A stretch of 64,000 nt of DNA from Eledone cirrhosa (Eukaryota). Numbering within the stretch: the stretch's first letter is position 1; each line of letters opens with the position of its first letter. Made by a program: the position numbers and the translations under genes. A model generated the notes under the pieces. That model saw nothing but the letters and a program-made list of their open reading frames with translations. It made no database searches and was not told the DNA's origin. The stretch covers positions 78,740,001-78,804,000 of the forward strand of contig OZ024743.1 of NCBI GenBank assembly GCA_964016885.1, in the 5' to 3' direction. Positions 53,101 through 64,000 of the stretch are shown here, piece after piece.

Positions 53101-56100
53101 GCTGTGGTCCTTGTTTATAAGCCAACTTTGTAGAATATTTTATGACAATACAATGGCTGTGGTCCTTGTTTATAAACCAACTTTGTAGAATATTTTATAA
53201 CAATACAATGACTGTGGTCCTTGTTTATAAGTCAACTTTGTAGAATATTTTATAACAATACAATGGCTGTGGTCCTTGTTTATAAACCAACTTTGTAGAA
53301 TATTTTATAACAATACAATGACTGTGGTCCTTGTTTATAAGTCAACTTTGTAGAATATTTTATAACAATACAATGGCTGTGGTCCTTGTTTATAAGCCAA
53401 CTTTGTAGAATATTTTATGACAATACAATGGCTGTGGTCCTTGTTTATAAGCCAACTTTGTAGAATATTTTATGACAATACAATGGCTGTGGTCCTTGTT
53501 TATAAACCAACTTTGTAGAATATTTTATAACAATACAATGACTGTGGTCCTTGTTTATAAGTCAACTTTGTAGAATATTTTATAACAATACAATGGCTGT
53601 GGTCCTTGTTTATAAACCAACTTTGTAGAATATTTTATAACAATACAATGACTGTGGTCCTTGTTTATAAGTCAACTTTGTAGAATATTTTATAACAATA
53701 CAATGGCTGTGGTCCTTGTTTATAAGCCAACTTTGTAGAATATTTTATGACAATACAATGGCTGTGGTCCTTGTTTATAAGCCAACTTTGTAGAATATTT
53801 TATGACAATACAATGGCTGTGGTCCTTGTTTATAAGTCAACTTTGTAGAATATTTTATAACAATACAATGGCTGTGGTCCTTGTTTATAAGCCAACTTTG
53901 TAGAATATTTTATAACAATACAATGGCTGTGGTCCTTGTTTATAAGCCAACTTTGTAGAATATTTTATGACAATACAATGGCTGTGGTCCTTGTTTATAA
54001 GTCAACTTTGTAGAATATTTTATAACAATACAATGGCTGTGGTCCTTGTTTATAAGCCAACTTTGTAGAATATTTTATGACAATACAATGGCTGTGGTCC
54101 TTGTTTATAAGTCAACTTTGTAGAATATTTTATAACAATACAATGGCTGTGGTCCTTGTTTATAAGCCAACTTTGTAGAATATTTTATAACAATACAATG
54201 GCTGTGGTCCTTGTTTATAAGCCAACTTTGTAGAATATTTTATGACAATACAATGGCTGTGGTCCTTGTTTATAAGTCAACTTTGTAGAATATTTTATAA
54301 CAATACAATGGCTGTGGTCCTTGTTTATAAGCCAACTTTGTAGAATATTTTATGACAATACAATGGCTGTGGTCCTTGTTTATAAGTCAACTTTGTAGAA
54401 TATTTTATAACAATACAATGGCTGTGGTCCTTGTTTATAAGCCAACTTTGTAGAATATTTTATGACAATACAATGGCTGTGGTCCTTGTTTATAAGTCAA
54501 CTTTGTAGAATATTTTATAACAATACAATGGCTGTGGTCCTTGTTTATAAGCCAACTTTGTAGAATATTTTATAACAATACAATGGCTGTGGTCCTTGTT
54601 TATAAGCCAACTTTGTAGAATATTTTATGACAATACAATGGCTCTGGTCCTTGTTTATAAGCCAACTTTGTAGAATATTTTATGACAATACAATGGCTCT
54701 GGTCCTTGTTTATAAGTCAACTTTGTAGAATATTTTATAACAATACAATGGCTGTGGTCCTTGTTTATAAGCCAACTTTGTAGAATATTTTATAACAATA
54801 CAATGGCTGTGGTCCTTGTTTATAAGCCAACTTTGTAGAATATTTTATAACAATACAATGGCTGTGGTCCTTGTTTATAAGCCAACTTTGTAGAATATTT
54901 TATAACAATACAATGGCTGTGGTCCTTGTTTATAAGCCAACTTTGTAGAATATTTTATAACAATACAATGACTGTGGTCCTTGTTTATAAGTCAACTTTG
55001 TAGAATATTTTATAACAATACAATGGCTGTGGTCCTTGTTTATAAGCCAACTTTGTAGAATATTTTATGACAATACAATGGCTGTGGTCCTTGTTTATAA
55101 GCCAACTTTGTAGAATATTTTATAACAATACAATGGCTCTGGTCCTTGTTTATAAGCCAACTTTGTAGAATATTTTATGACAATACAATGGCTGTGGTCC
55201 TTGTTTATAAGTCAACTTTGTAGAATATTTTATAACAATACAATGGCTGTGGTCCTTGTTTATAAGTCAACTTTGTAGAATATTTTATAACAATACAATG
55301 GCTGTGGTCCTTGTTTATAAGTCAACTTTGTAGAATATTTTATAACAATACAATGACTGTGGTCCTTGTTTATAAGTCAACTTTGTAGAATATTTTATGA
55401 CAATACAATGGCTGTGGTCCTTGTTTATAAGTCAACTTTGTAGAATATTTTATAACAATACAATGACTGTGGTCCTTGTTTATAAGTCAACTTTGTAGAA
55501 TATTTTATGACAATACAATGGCTGTGGTCCTTGTTTATAAGTCAACTTTGTAGAATATTTTATAACAATACAATGACTGTGGTCCTTGTTTATAAGCCAA
55601 CTTTGTAGAATATTTTATAACAATACAATGGCTGTGGTCCTTGTTTATAAGCCAACTTTGTAGAATATTTTATAACAATACAATGGCTGTGGTCCTTGTT
55701 TATAAGCCAACTTTGTAGAATATTTTATAACAATACAATGGCTGTGGTCCTTGTTTATAAGCCAACTTTGTAGAATATTTTATGACAATACAATGGCTGT
55801 GGTCCTTGTTTATAAGTCAACTTTGTAGAATATTTTATAACAATACAATGGCTGTGGTCCTTGTTTATAAGTCAACTTTGTAGAATATTTTATAACAATA
55901 CAATGACTGTGGTCCTTGTTTATAAGTCAACTTTGTAGAATATTTTATAACAATACAATGGCTGTGGTCCTTGTTTATAAGTCAACTTTGTAGAATATTT
56001 TATAACAATACAATGACTGTGGTCCTTGTTTATAAGCCAACTTTGTAGAATATTTTATAACAATACAATGGCTGTGGTCCTTGTTTATAAGTCAACTTTG

Positions 56101-56655
56101 TAGAATATTTTATAACAATACAATGACTGTGGTCCTTGTTTATAAGTCAACTTTGTAGAATATTTTATAACAATACAATGACTGTGGTCCTTGTTTATAA
56201 GTCAACTTTGTAGAATATTTTATAACAATACAATGGCTGTGGTCCTTGTTTATAAGCCAACTTTGTAGAATATTTTATAACAATACAATGACTGTGGTCC
56301 TTGTTTATAAGTCAACTTTGTAGAATATTTTATAACAATACAATGGCTGTGGTCCTTGTTTATAAGCCAACTTTGTAGAATATTTTATAACAATACAATG
56401 GCTGTGGTCCTTGTTTATAAGCCAACTTTGTAGAATATTTTATAACAATACAATGGCTGTGGTCCTTGTTTATAAGTCAACTTTGTAGAATATTTTATGA
56501 CAATACAATGGCTGTGGTCCTTGTTTATAAGCCAACTTTGTAGAATATTTTATAACAATACAATGGCTGTGGTCCTTGTTTATAAGCCAACTTTGTAGAA
56601 TATTTTATAACAATACAATGACTGTGGTCCTTCATTATAAACAAACTTTATGGAA
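50180..56655. repeat. 55-bp minisatellite, ~117 copies: CAATACAATGGCTGTGGTCCTTGTTTATAAGCCAACTTTGTAGAATATTTTATAA
   Basis: Exact 55-bp period with no indels seen; variation confined to four sites. Confidence 0.98.
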
Positions 56656-56723
56656 GCAGTAAACATGTTTTGATCTTATTAGATCTTCTCAGTGAAGTAT
56701 ATTTAATTTATATATTGAGAATG

Positions 56724-56965
56724 TGAAATTGAAGCTGAGCATGGCAAAGACAACTGCAATGACATTCCACCTGAATACCAAGGAGGCCTCTCAGCATCTC
56801 AGTGGCCGTGACAGTCCATCCCTCTCATATAACATCACACCAACATATTTCAAAGTGAAATTGGACTGACAGCTGACCTACAGGCAGCACCTTCAGTTCT
56901 TACATGCAGAGATGTTTGCAACAAAGAATCTTCGATGCCATTTGGCAAGCCCATCATGGGGTGTT

Positions 56966-56968
<3 letters not shown>
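56724..56968 (+). mobile_element. Ingi/Vingi-like (I-group) LINE fragment
   Basis: Hand translation KLKLSMAKTTAMTFHLNTKEA..TPTYFKVKLD*QLTYRQHL..LASPSWG resembles the post-RT region of Vingi elements (recall). Confidence 0.65.

Positions 56969-57060
<92 letters not shown>
56968..57060. repeat. (TC)n(TA)n microsatellite
   Basis: Direct reading. Confidence 0.95.
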
Positions 57061-57064
<4 letters not shown>

Positions 57065-57803
57065 TAGCGAGAATTGTATTTCGGCTTTGGAATTAGCGAA
57101 AAACAACTTCTAAGATGTGTGGCAAGTGCTCAATAATTCTGACGAACCAGAGCTACAACATACGTTAAAGGCCAAACACACTGAGACGATGGTTAAACCG
57201 TCATCCGCACAACCATAGAAACGACCAAGTAATTCGGGTCAAACAAATAAAAAAATATGTAATTGAAAAAATTTACCCGGACCCCTGGATGGTTGGTAAA
57301 ATCCAGCATTTGGGTTTCTGCGACTCCTAAATCAAGTACTGTCCCCTTAGACAAATAATGTTAGGCTGCTGGTAAGATGATTGAACAAGGAAGTCACTTT
57401 CTCAACAGGTTTTAGTTCAAGTGCCAGGCAAAGGAATGACCGTTACCGATACCCACGTGGGGCTCGACAAGGGAGGCAAGCCTTATTTTTGGCGGATGAA
57501 ATTCAGTATGTGTATATTATTGCAAAAATGCAAAATATCACAAAACGAATTAAGCTCTCAACAGAATGGTTATAAGTTAACAAAAGCTATTCATCAGTCA
57601 ATAGAATCAACTAAAAAAATCAAGAAAATTAACTGGTCAATAGCTAGACTCTGGAGATTAATACAAATATAAATTAGCGAGAATCGTATATATATTTATA
57701 TGTTTGAAAAGGAGGTAATATTCTATACAAAACAGGTTATAGAAAAAAGTAAGAAAGTACGGAAATTTCTTCTTTGATCCGTCAAAGTGACAATTTTGAA
57801 AAA

Positions 57804-57983
57804 AGGCGGTGGATTGGCAGTATCGGTAGTGGGTCGGATGCCATGCTTTAAAGCATAGAGTTACCTCCCTGTATGATCTGAGTTCAAATCCCGCCGAGGT
57901 TAACTTTGCCTTTCATCCTTCCGGGGTCGATAAAATAAAGTACCGGGTAATTGCTGGCCTTGTGCCAAAAGTAGAAACAATTA
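57804..57983 (+). mobile_element. tRNA-derived SINE with Meta/MESC-like central domain
   Basis: A box TGGCAGTATCGG, B box GAGTTCAAATCC, GCCTTTCATCCTTCCGGGGTCGATAAAATAAAGTACC; TSD TTGAAAAA at 57796-57803 and 57984-57991. Confidence 0.85.
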
Positions 57984-58053
57984 TTGAAAAAGAAGAATTT
58001 TTTTTAAAATAGAGTTTTACCGGTTTCGATGTAATCCATATTATCAAATATTA

Positions 58054-58237
58054 AATGGATTGGCAGTATCGGTAGAGGGTCGGACGCCATGCTTTCCAGC
58101 ATAGTTACGTCCCTTTACGATCTGAGTTCAAATCCCGCCGAGGTTGACTTTGCCTTTCATCCTTACGGGGTCGATAAAATAAAGTACCAGTCATGCACTG
58201 GATAATTGCTGGCCTTGTGCCTAAAGTAGAAACAATT
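58054..58237 (+). mobile_element. Second SINE of the same family
   Basis: Homologous to 57804-57983; TSD AAATATTA at 58046-58053 and 58238-58245. Confidence 0.85.
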
Positions 58238-58388
58238 AAATATTACAATTAAAATTTAAAAAAGAATTAAAAATTAAGTGTTGAAGAAGGTCAATTCATA
58301 TTTCGTGCTGGGAGGAAATATAAACATACAAATAACTTTGATAGGTTTCCGCCAGTATTGGCCCAGGCTATGTCTAACTTAATAGCAT

Positions 58389-59450
58389 TCACTCTTTGTT
58401 GGTGAGGAGTGAGGTTTTTTTTGTGTTTGTTTGCATGTAAGGAACATAACCTATAGTTTTTCGTAGGTCAGCAATCTTTTTTTCTATTTTAGTTATATAT
58501 GTTGGTACTTTTTGTGGTGTTTTGTTCTTGTTAATATCTCTGCTATCACCAAGATAATGCTTCACTGTCGTTGCTAAGGCATATAAACAGGCGTTGATTT
58601 GCCAAAATGTTGGGGTTTTTATCCGTCGTAAATATTCATCCCCTATTTCGTCAATAACACGTAGTATTTCATTATTTGGTTTTTTATTAAACATTGTTGT
58701 TTTAATACGTTCAGCCAGAGAGATATTTATACATGAGTTAATTTCTCTCTGGAAGATTTCGTTGAGGGAAATTTTAAATTGTTTAGACTTTTGATTATTA
58801 TTATTATCGATAGTCTTTTCCACAACAGTCGAGGTAGACTCGGATGATACACGTGGTGTCAAATTACTTCGATTATAATTATTATTTCTTTGGTTATTAT
58901 TATTATCGATAGTGTTTTCCACAACAGTCAAGGTAGACTCAGATGGTACAAGTGGTGTCAAATTTCTTACAGGCATAGTTGTTTCAAGGCACTGTTCGAT
59001 CTGGCTGCTAGGAAGTCAAGTAGCATGGCGACCTGTAGCACGTGTTGTTGATTCCATGTTTGTTCTGGGGGACTTATAATTATTAATATTTATCTTATTT
59101 TTACGTTGAATAAACGTTGCTTGTTGACGTAATTGTTTCGCTGTGAAATGATTTAGCTTTGGATGCATTTCGTCAAGTGTACCGTCATTATGTTCATATA
59201 GCTAATGGAGAGATTTTTTTCGCCATTTTATAACAATTAATTAAATCATCATTAAGTTGGCAACTCCAAGAGAAATGCGATTTATAATTTCGGTTTCTTC
59301 TGTAGCTACAACTGAATAAATTTAGTTAACCTTTCTCATTGATTTTCTCCGGTATATTGTTTACGTTCCTTGTGTTTGATAAATTGTTTTTGTTGATATT
59401 GTGTCCGGCCATGCTGTTTGTAGCAAATCCTTGTAAAATGAATTATGTAT
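58389..59450 (-). mobile_element. Decayed 5' ORF region of an R4/Dong-like non-LTR retrotransposon
   Basis: WSCQLNDDLINCY..DEMHPKLNHFTAKQLRQQA..TFWQINACLYALATTV..KIEKKIADLRK resemble R4/Dong N-terminal motifs (recall); RT absent. Confidence 0.55.
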
Positions 59451-59664
59451 TTAGTCGGATATATCTACGAATTCGAATAAAAGGTGTCTTCAGTGGATAT
59501 AGTTAGAATATCCAGTTATTCAATTTGACTGGTAGTTGTGGCATTACTGTCGGAGATAGTTTTCATCTTAAATTTAATTAATAGTCTCCCACACCAAAAT
59601 ATGCGACTGGTCGCGTTGACTGACTGCTATATGTATGTATGTTCTTTTGGTTTTAAAATTTCAC

Positions 59665-61585
59665 AAATGTTTGCCAAAGTAAGGGGAAAGAAGGTTGCAC
59701 ATCCAAAACGACTAAACGTGGCTCGTCTGAAGACAGAAGTCAGAGCTGAGCAGTCGAAGTCTCCTGAGTGGGTATCATTGAAGAAAACCGTCTATGATGT
59801 CAGTGCTAGAGTTTTAGGTCATATCAATAGAAAGCATAAGGACTGGTTTGATGAAAATGATGCAGTGATCCAGACCTTGCTTGAAGAGAAATAAAAAGTG
59901 CTGACATCATTGTTGAGTGAGACACGTTCTGACAGGAGTGACCGGATCTTCAAACTAATCAAGGCACGTGTGCAACATCAATTGAGAGCCATGCAAGATA
60001 CCTGGGGTAGACAAAAAGCTGATAGACATGATACAAAGCACTTATACAATCTGCTTAGGGAGGTGTATGGTCCAACCGGTCCGCAAATATCCCCATTTTG
60101 CTCCAAAGATGGCAAGGAATTGCTCAGATCCAGAGTAAATCCTGATCAGGTGGCATGACCACTTTGATGAGCTTCTCAACAGACCATCAGAAATTGATGA
60201 GTTCATCTGGTCGATTCTATCCAGACCTACAAAGCTGGCAATGGCTGATCCTCCTTCATTTGATGAGGTGGCGAATGCCATTGCCAAAATAAACACCGTC
60301 AAGCCACCTGGAATGGATGGATTGAGTGCCGAGATCTTTAATTGTGCTGGTGATAACTTCTTAAACCGCCTCATTGATCTCTTTGTGAATGTTTGGAATG
60401 AAGATGATGTACCGCAGAACTGGAAAGATGCATTGATGGTGGTATTTTACAAAGGAAAGGGAGCCAAAGATGACTGGCAACTACAGAGGTATTTCACCGC
60501 TATCTGTGGCTGGGAAGATCTTGTGCAGGATATTGTTGGACAGATTGATACAGCACATGCTGTTGAGGTACTTCCTGAGTCCCAATGTGGCTTTAGGAAT
60601 GGCAGAGGCACTGTTGACATGGTCTTCTCAGCCAAACAGCTTCAAGAGAAATGCATCAAGCAGCGCAGGACTTATACCAAGTTTTTGTTGATCTGACCAA
60701 GGTATTTGACACCGTAAATCGGAAGGCTTTGTGGGTTATTTTGGAGAGATTGGGCTGTCCTGAAAAGTTTGTGAACATACTCAAGCTCTTCCGTGATGTC
60801 ATGCAGGCATGGGTAAATATTGGAGGTAAACTGTCTGAGCCAATCTCGGTGGAAAATGGCCTTCAAGGGTTGTCAATATGGTATCTATTTCAGATATCAC
60901 ACTTCTGGCAAGCTGTTCAACCTCAGGTGCCTCACTGCCAACACTAAGGTACTGAGTACCTTAATCAGAAAATTTCTGTATGCAGATCATTGTGATCTCT
61001 TTGCACAATACCAGAGTGACATGCAACACCTTATGGATTCTTTTTCCAATGCATGAAGTGCTTTGGAACTGACAAACAGTCTGAAGAAGACTGTCGTCTG
61101 GATGCAGAAGTTTGTCTACGTGTTAGTAAAGCAAGTGAGTCATTTAGAAGGCTCAGCGAACATATTTGGTCCAGGCAAGGAATCTCAATGAAGACCAAGG
61201 TGAGAGTGTATACTGTCAGCTTTGCCGTACGCTTGTGAGACATGGGTTGCCTACAAACGGCATATCCAAAGACTGGAACGATTTCACCAGCAGTGTCTCA
61301 GAAAGATGCTCGGTATCAAGTGGCAGCTGCATGTGTGTGATGCTGAAGTCCTTGAGAGAAGTGATTGTTGGAACATTGAGAGTATCATCCACCAACGATG
61401 TTTGCGATGGACCGGACACCTCTGCAGAATAGAAGATGATTGAATCTCAAAACAACCTTTGTATGGCAAGCTTTGTAAAGGTAAGAGACCGCCCAACAAG
61501 TCAAGGCTCCAATTAAAGGATTGTGTAAAGGACACATTGAAAGAAACTGGTTTGATGGTGGCTGACTGGGAGATAGAAGCCATAA
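59665..61585 (+). mobile_element. RTE/BovB-like LINE, decayed and internally deleted
   Basis: HKDWFDEND; KPPGMDGLSAEIF; NYRGIS; ESQCGFR; FVDLTKVFDTV; YADH (mutated YADD); LRWTGH. Confidence 0.92.
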
Positions 61586-61928
61586 AGTTCAAGAAATTTT
61601 GGATAAATTCTTTTATTTGCATGATAGACACCTAGTCTTCATTAAGATATCTCTCTAGGAGAAGGTTACTCTGATATAAAACATACGGCTTCGTTTCCAT
61701 CTAATGATGTAGACCATTGCTATTTTTAGGGTAAATGCATTTGATGTTCAAAGAGTGGGATTGGCCCTATGCAAAGCCTAGGTATCGCTTGATATGTGAC
61801 ATTTTTGCTTGATATGTGACATGGTATTGCTGGGCATAGGGAAATCCCTATCAGAACTAAAAAGCCACGCATGTGACACACCTGGTTAAGTATCAAGCGA
61901 TGGCATTTCTCGAAATTGAGCTGCAGCA

Positions 61929-61939
61929 ATCATCATCAT

Positions 61940-62011
<72 letters not shown>

Positions 62012-62030
62012 GATGTGTGTGTGTGTGTTT
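61929..62030. repeat. (CAT)n(TA)n(TG)n microsatellite
   Basis: Direct reading. Confidence 0.9.
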
Positions 62031-62400
62031 ATATCTGTATTTTTGACCGTTGGTCAGTCAATGATAAACATTGAGGACCAAATGAATTAACTGTGATACA
62101 GAAGCGAAAACCAACCAAACAGTGAGTGTGTTCTGTTATTATTTCTGGCAATATCATTACAACAATATGACCCTCCCCAAGTATAACAATATATGTATAT
62201 ATATATATATGTATATATGAAACATTAATTGAAAAGTTTTGAAACGATGAGTGTATATGAATAATTGTAAAATTGGAGTATTCTCAGTGCGAGGGTTTGC
62301 CGTAGACATCTGGATACTATTTGGGGGAGTTAAGATATAATTACAAATTGGAGAGTGGGAGAGAGAGGGGGAAAAAGAAGTTAAAGTTTGAGAGTGTGTA

Positions 62401-62437
<37 letters not shown>

Positions 62438-62546
62438 TTTATCCACTCAGAGCTTTGTTAAAGTTTGAGAGATTGGCTACATATATATTTTACTATTTTT
62501 TTTTGTATTTAGATGGAAGACAAAAGGAAGAAGATGAAGACAACAA

Positions 62547-62660
62547 AGAAGAAGAAGAAGAAGAAGAAGAAGAAGAAGAAGAAGAAGAAGAAGAAGAAGA
62601 AGAAGAAGAAGAAGAAGAAGAAGAAGAAGAAGAAGAAGAAGAAGAAGAAGAAGAAGAAGA
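62547..62660. repeat. (GAA)n microsatellite
   Basis: About 37 GAA units. Confidence 0.95.
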
Positions 62661-62774
62661 TGAAGAAGATAAATATGAAGAACCACACTACACCACACCA
62701 CACTACACTACAATACACCTCACCAAGGGAGAAGACCATACTACACCACATAACACCCAACATTTGTTCCTCTT

Positions 62775-63690
62775 TTTTTTTCATGTGCTATCAACTAATC
62801 CGAACTCCAAGATGCTTGCTATTGACTTTCTCTTCCTGGAAAACTAAGGTGGATGCGCTCCTCTCATTTAAACCTAGAGTTTTCTCTAAGATTTGTTGTA
62901 TGTTATCAACGAATATGACCTCGAAACCAGTTGGAAACGACTAGTTGTTCTAGAAAAAGGAGGGGTAAAGGGAGTGGAAAGACATTGTCGTTTTGTAGAT
63001 ATACGCCCTAATGATTTTTCATCGGTTTTCTTTTGTGTGCTATCAACTAATCTGAACTATTAGTTGCTATGAATCAATTTTTCTTCCTGGGATTCAGAAA
63101 CCCGAATGTTAAAACTAAAACTAAATTAAACTTAAAATTAAATTTAGCCCCATCCTTAAACTCTAAATCTAACCACAAACAATCTAAATATAAATATAAA
63201 CACAAACCCAACCCTTAAATTAAACCCTAAAACTAAACCTAAACCATAAAACTAAACCCTAAAACTAAACCCTATACTTTACCCAAACCCTTAAACTAAA
63301 CTCTAAACTTTACCCCAACCATAAAACTAAAATGTAAACTTTATCCCATCCCTTAAACTAAACCCTAAATGTTACCCCAACTCTAAACTTAACCCAGGGA
63401 AATAAGTTGTTTGCAAGCATCTAGGAGGTCAGATTAGAAAAATACCGAAAACAATTATGGTCCCACAACATGTGAATGGGGTGTAGATCTGCAAAACCCT
63501 TCCCTCTTCCCTCTCCTTTTTCTCAAAAGCTAGTTGTTTTTGACTGGTTTAGAAGTCATATTCACTAATACCATTCACAAATCTAGTCATTTTTGATTGC
63601 AGTGGAAGTCATATTTGTTAATATGTTAAAGCATAGTCTACTGTGAGTATGTTGGAGGTTGGATTAGTTGATGGCACATAGAAAAACAAA
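62775..63690. mobile_element. Foldback or non-autonomous DNA-transposon-like element: ~300-bp imperfect inverted arms around a CTAAACCC-type repeat core
   Basis: 62780-62820 pairs with 63646-63690; 62911-62972 with 63497-63563; 62990-63090 with 63394-63496; core at 63105-63395. Confidence 0.6.
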
Positions 63691-64000
63691 GGAAAAAATG
63701 TTTTCTCACTTAAATCAAAGTGAAAATTAAGTCCTTCCTTTATAGGGAAACACATTATAACAAAACAGACCGCACCACATTAAACTACAAACCACACCAT
63801 ACCAAACTACACCATACTACATCACATCATGCTATTGATCTCAGTATAAAAATGTTCATCTATTTTTTGGGGGGGGGGGGGGGGGGGTACTTACCACCAA
63901 ATCTGACATTAAAGGTGCCTACAATTAACTATTTTGTGCACATATTATCAATGAATATGACTTTGAAACCTGTCGAAAATGACTAGCTTTGTAGAAAGAG

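Noticed and set aside
50180-56655. CRISPR array
   Set aside because: No unique spacers, no cas genes, eukaryotic context
61760-61905. Crossing helices CCCTATGC/GCATAGGG and ATCGCTTGATA/TATCAAGCGAT as an HDV-like ribozyme
   Set aside because: The helix order fits, but no P3/L3, P1.1 or J4/2 catalytic motif could be placed; an Infernal search would be needed
62455-62944. Poly-Glu, poly-Lys, poly-Leu and poly-Phe ORFs
   Set aside because: Translations of a (GAA)n microsatellite
63105-63395. True or interstitial telomere
   Set aside because: Irregular degenerate units rather than (TTAGGG)n, enclosed by inverted arms of a repeat element

Overview
Gene-free, repeat-dominated eukaryotic DNA. The SINE, RTE and microsatellite content resembles a coleoid cephalopod such as Octopus (inference from recall). 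No intact protein-coding gene is supported. In order: (1) 1-1411, AT-rich satellite built on a ~10-bp unit. (2) 1412-26683, homogeneous tandem array of 28 tRNA-Leu(TAA) genes in ~912/837-bp units with 75-bp spacer subrepeats. (3) ~26684, the array flips orientation. (4) 26690-46443, an older, decayed inverted arm with 8 degenerate and 1 partial tRNA-Leu. It is interrupted by a dead Gypsy LTR retrotransposon (27871-33731) that itself carries a CR1-type LINE fragment. (5) 46.5-50.2 kb, two inverted repeats and two RTE LINE fragments. (6) 50.18-56.65 kb, a ~117-copy 55-bp minisatellite. (7) 56.7-64 kb, fragments of Vingi-like, R4/Dong-like and RTE LINEs, two tRNA-derived SINEs, microsatellites and a foldback element. 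The most notable hidden signal is a second, heavily decayed 'ghost' tRNA-Leu in each array unit, about 269 bp downstream of the intact gene's start. It shows that the inverted arm keeps the ancestral state and the forward arm is a derived, recently amplified subfamily. All counts and identities were made by eye.
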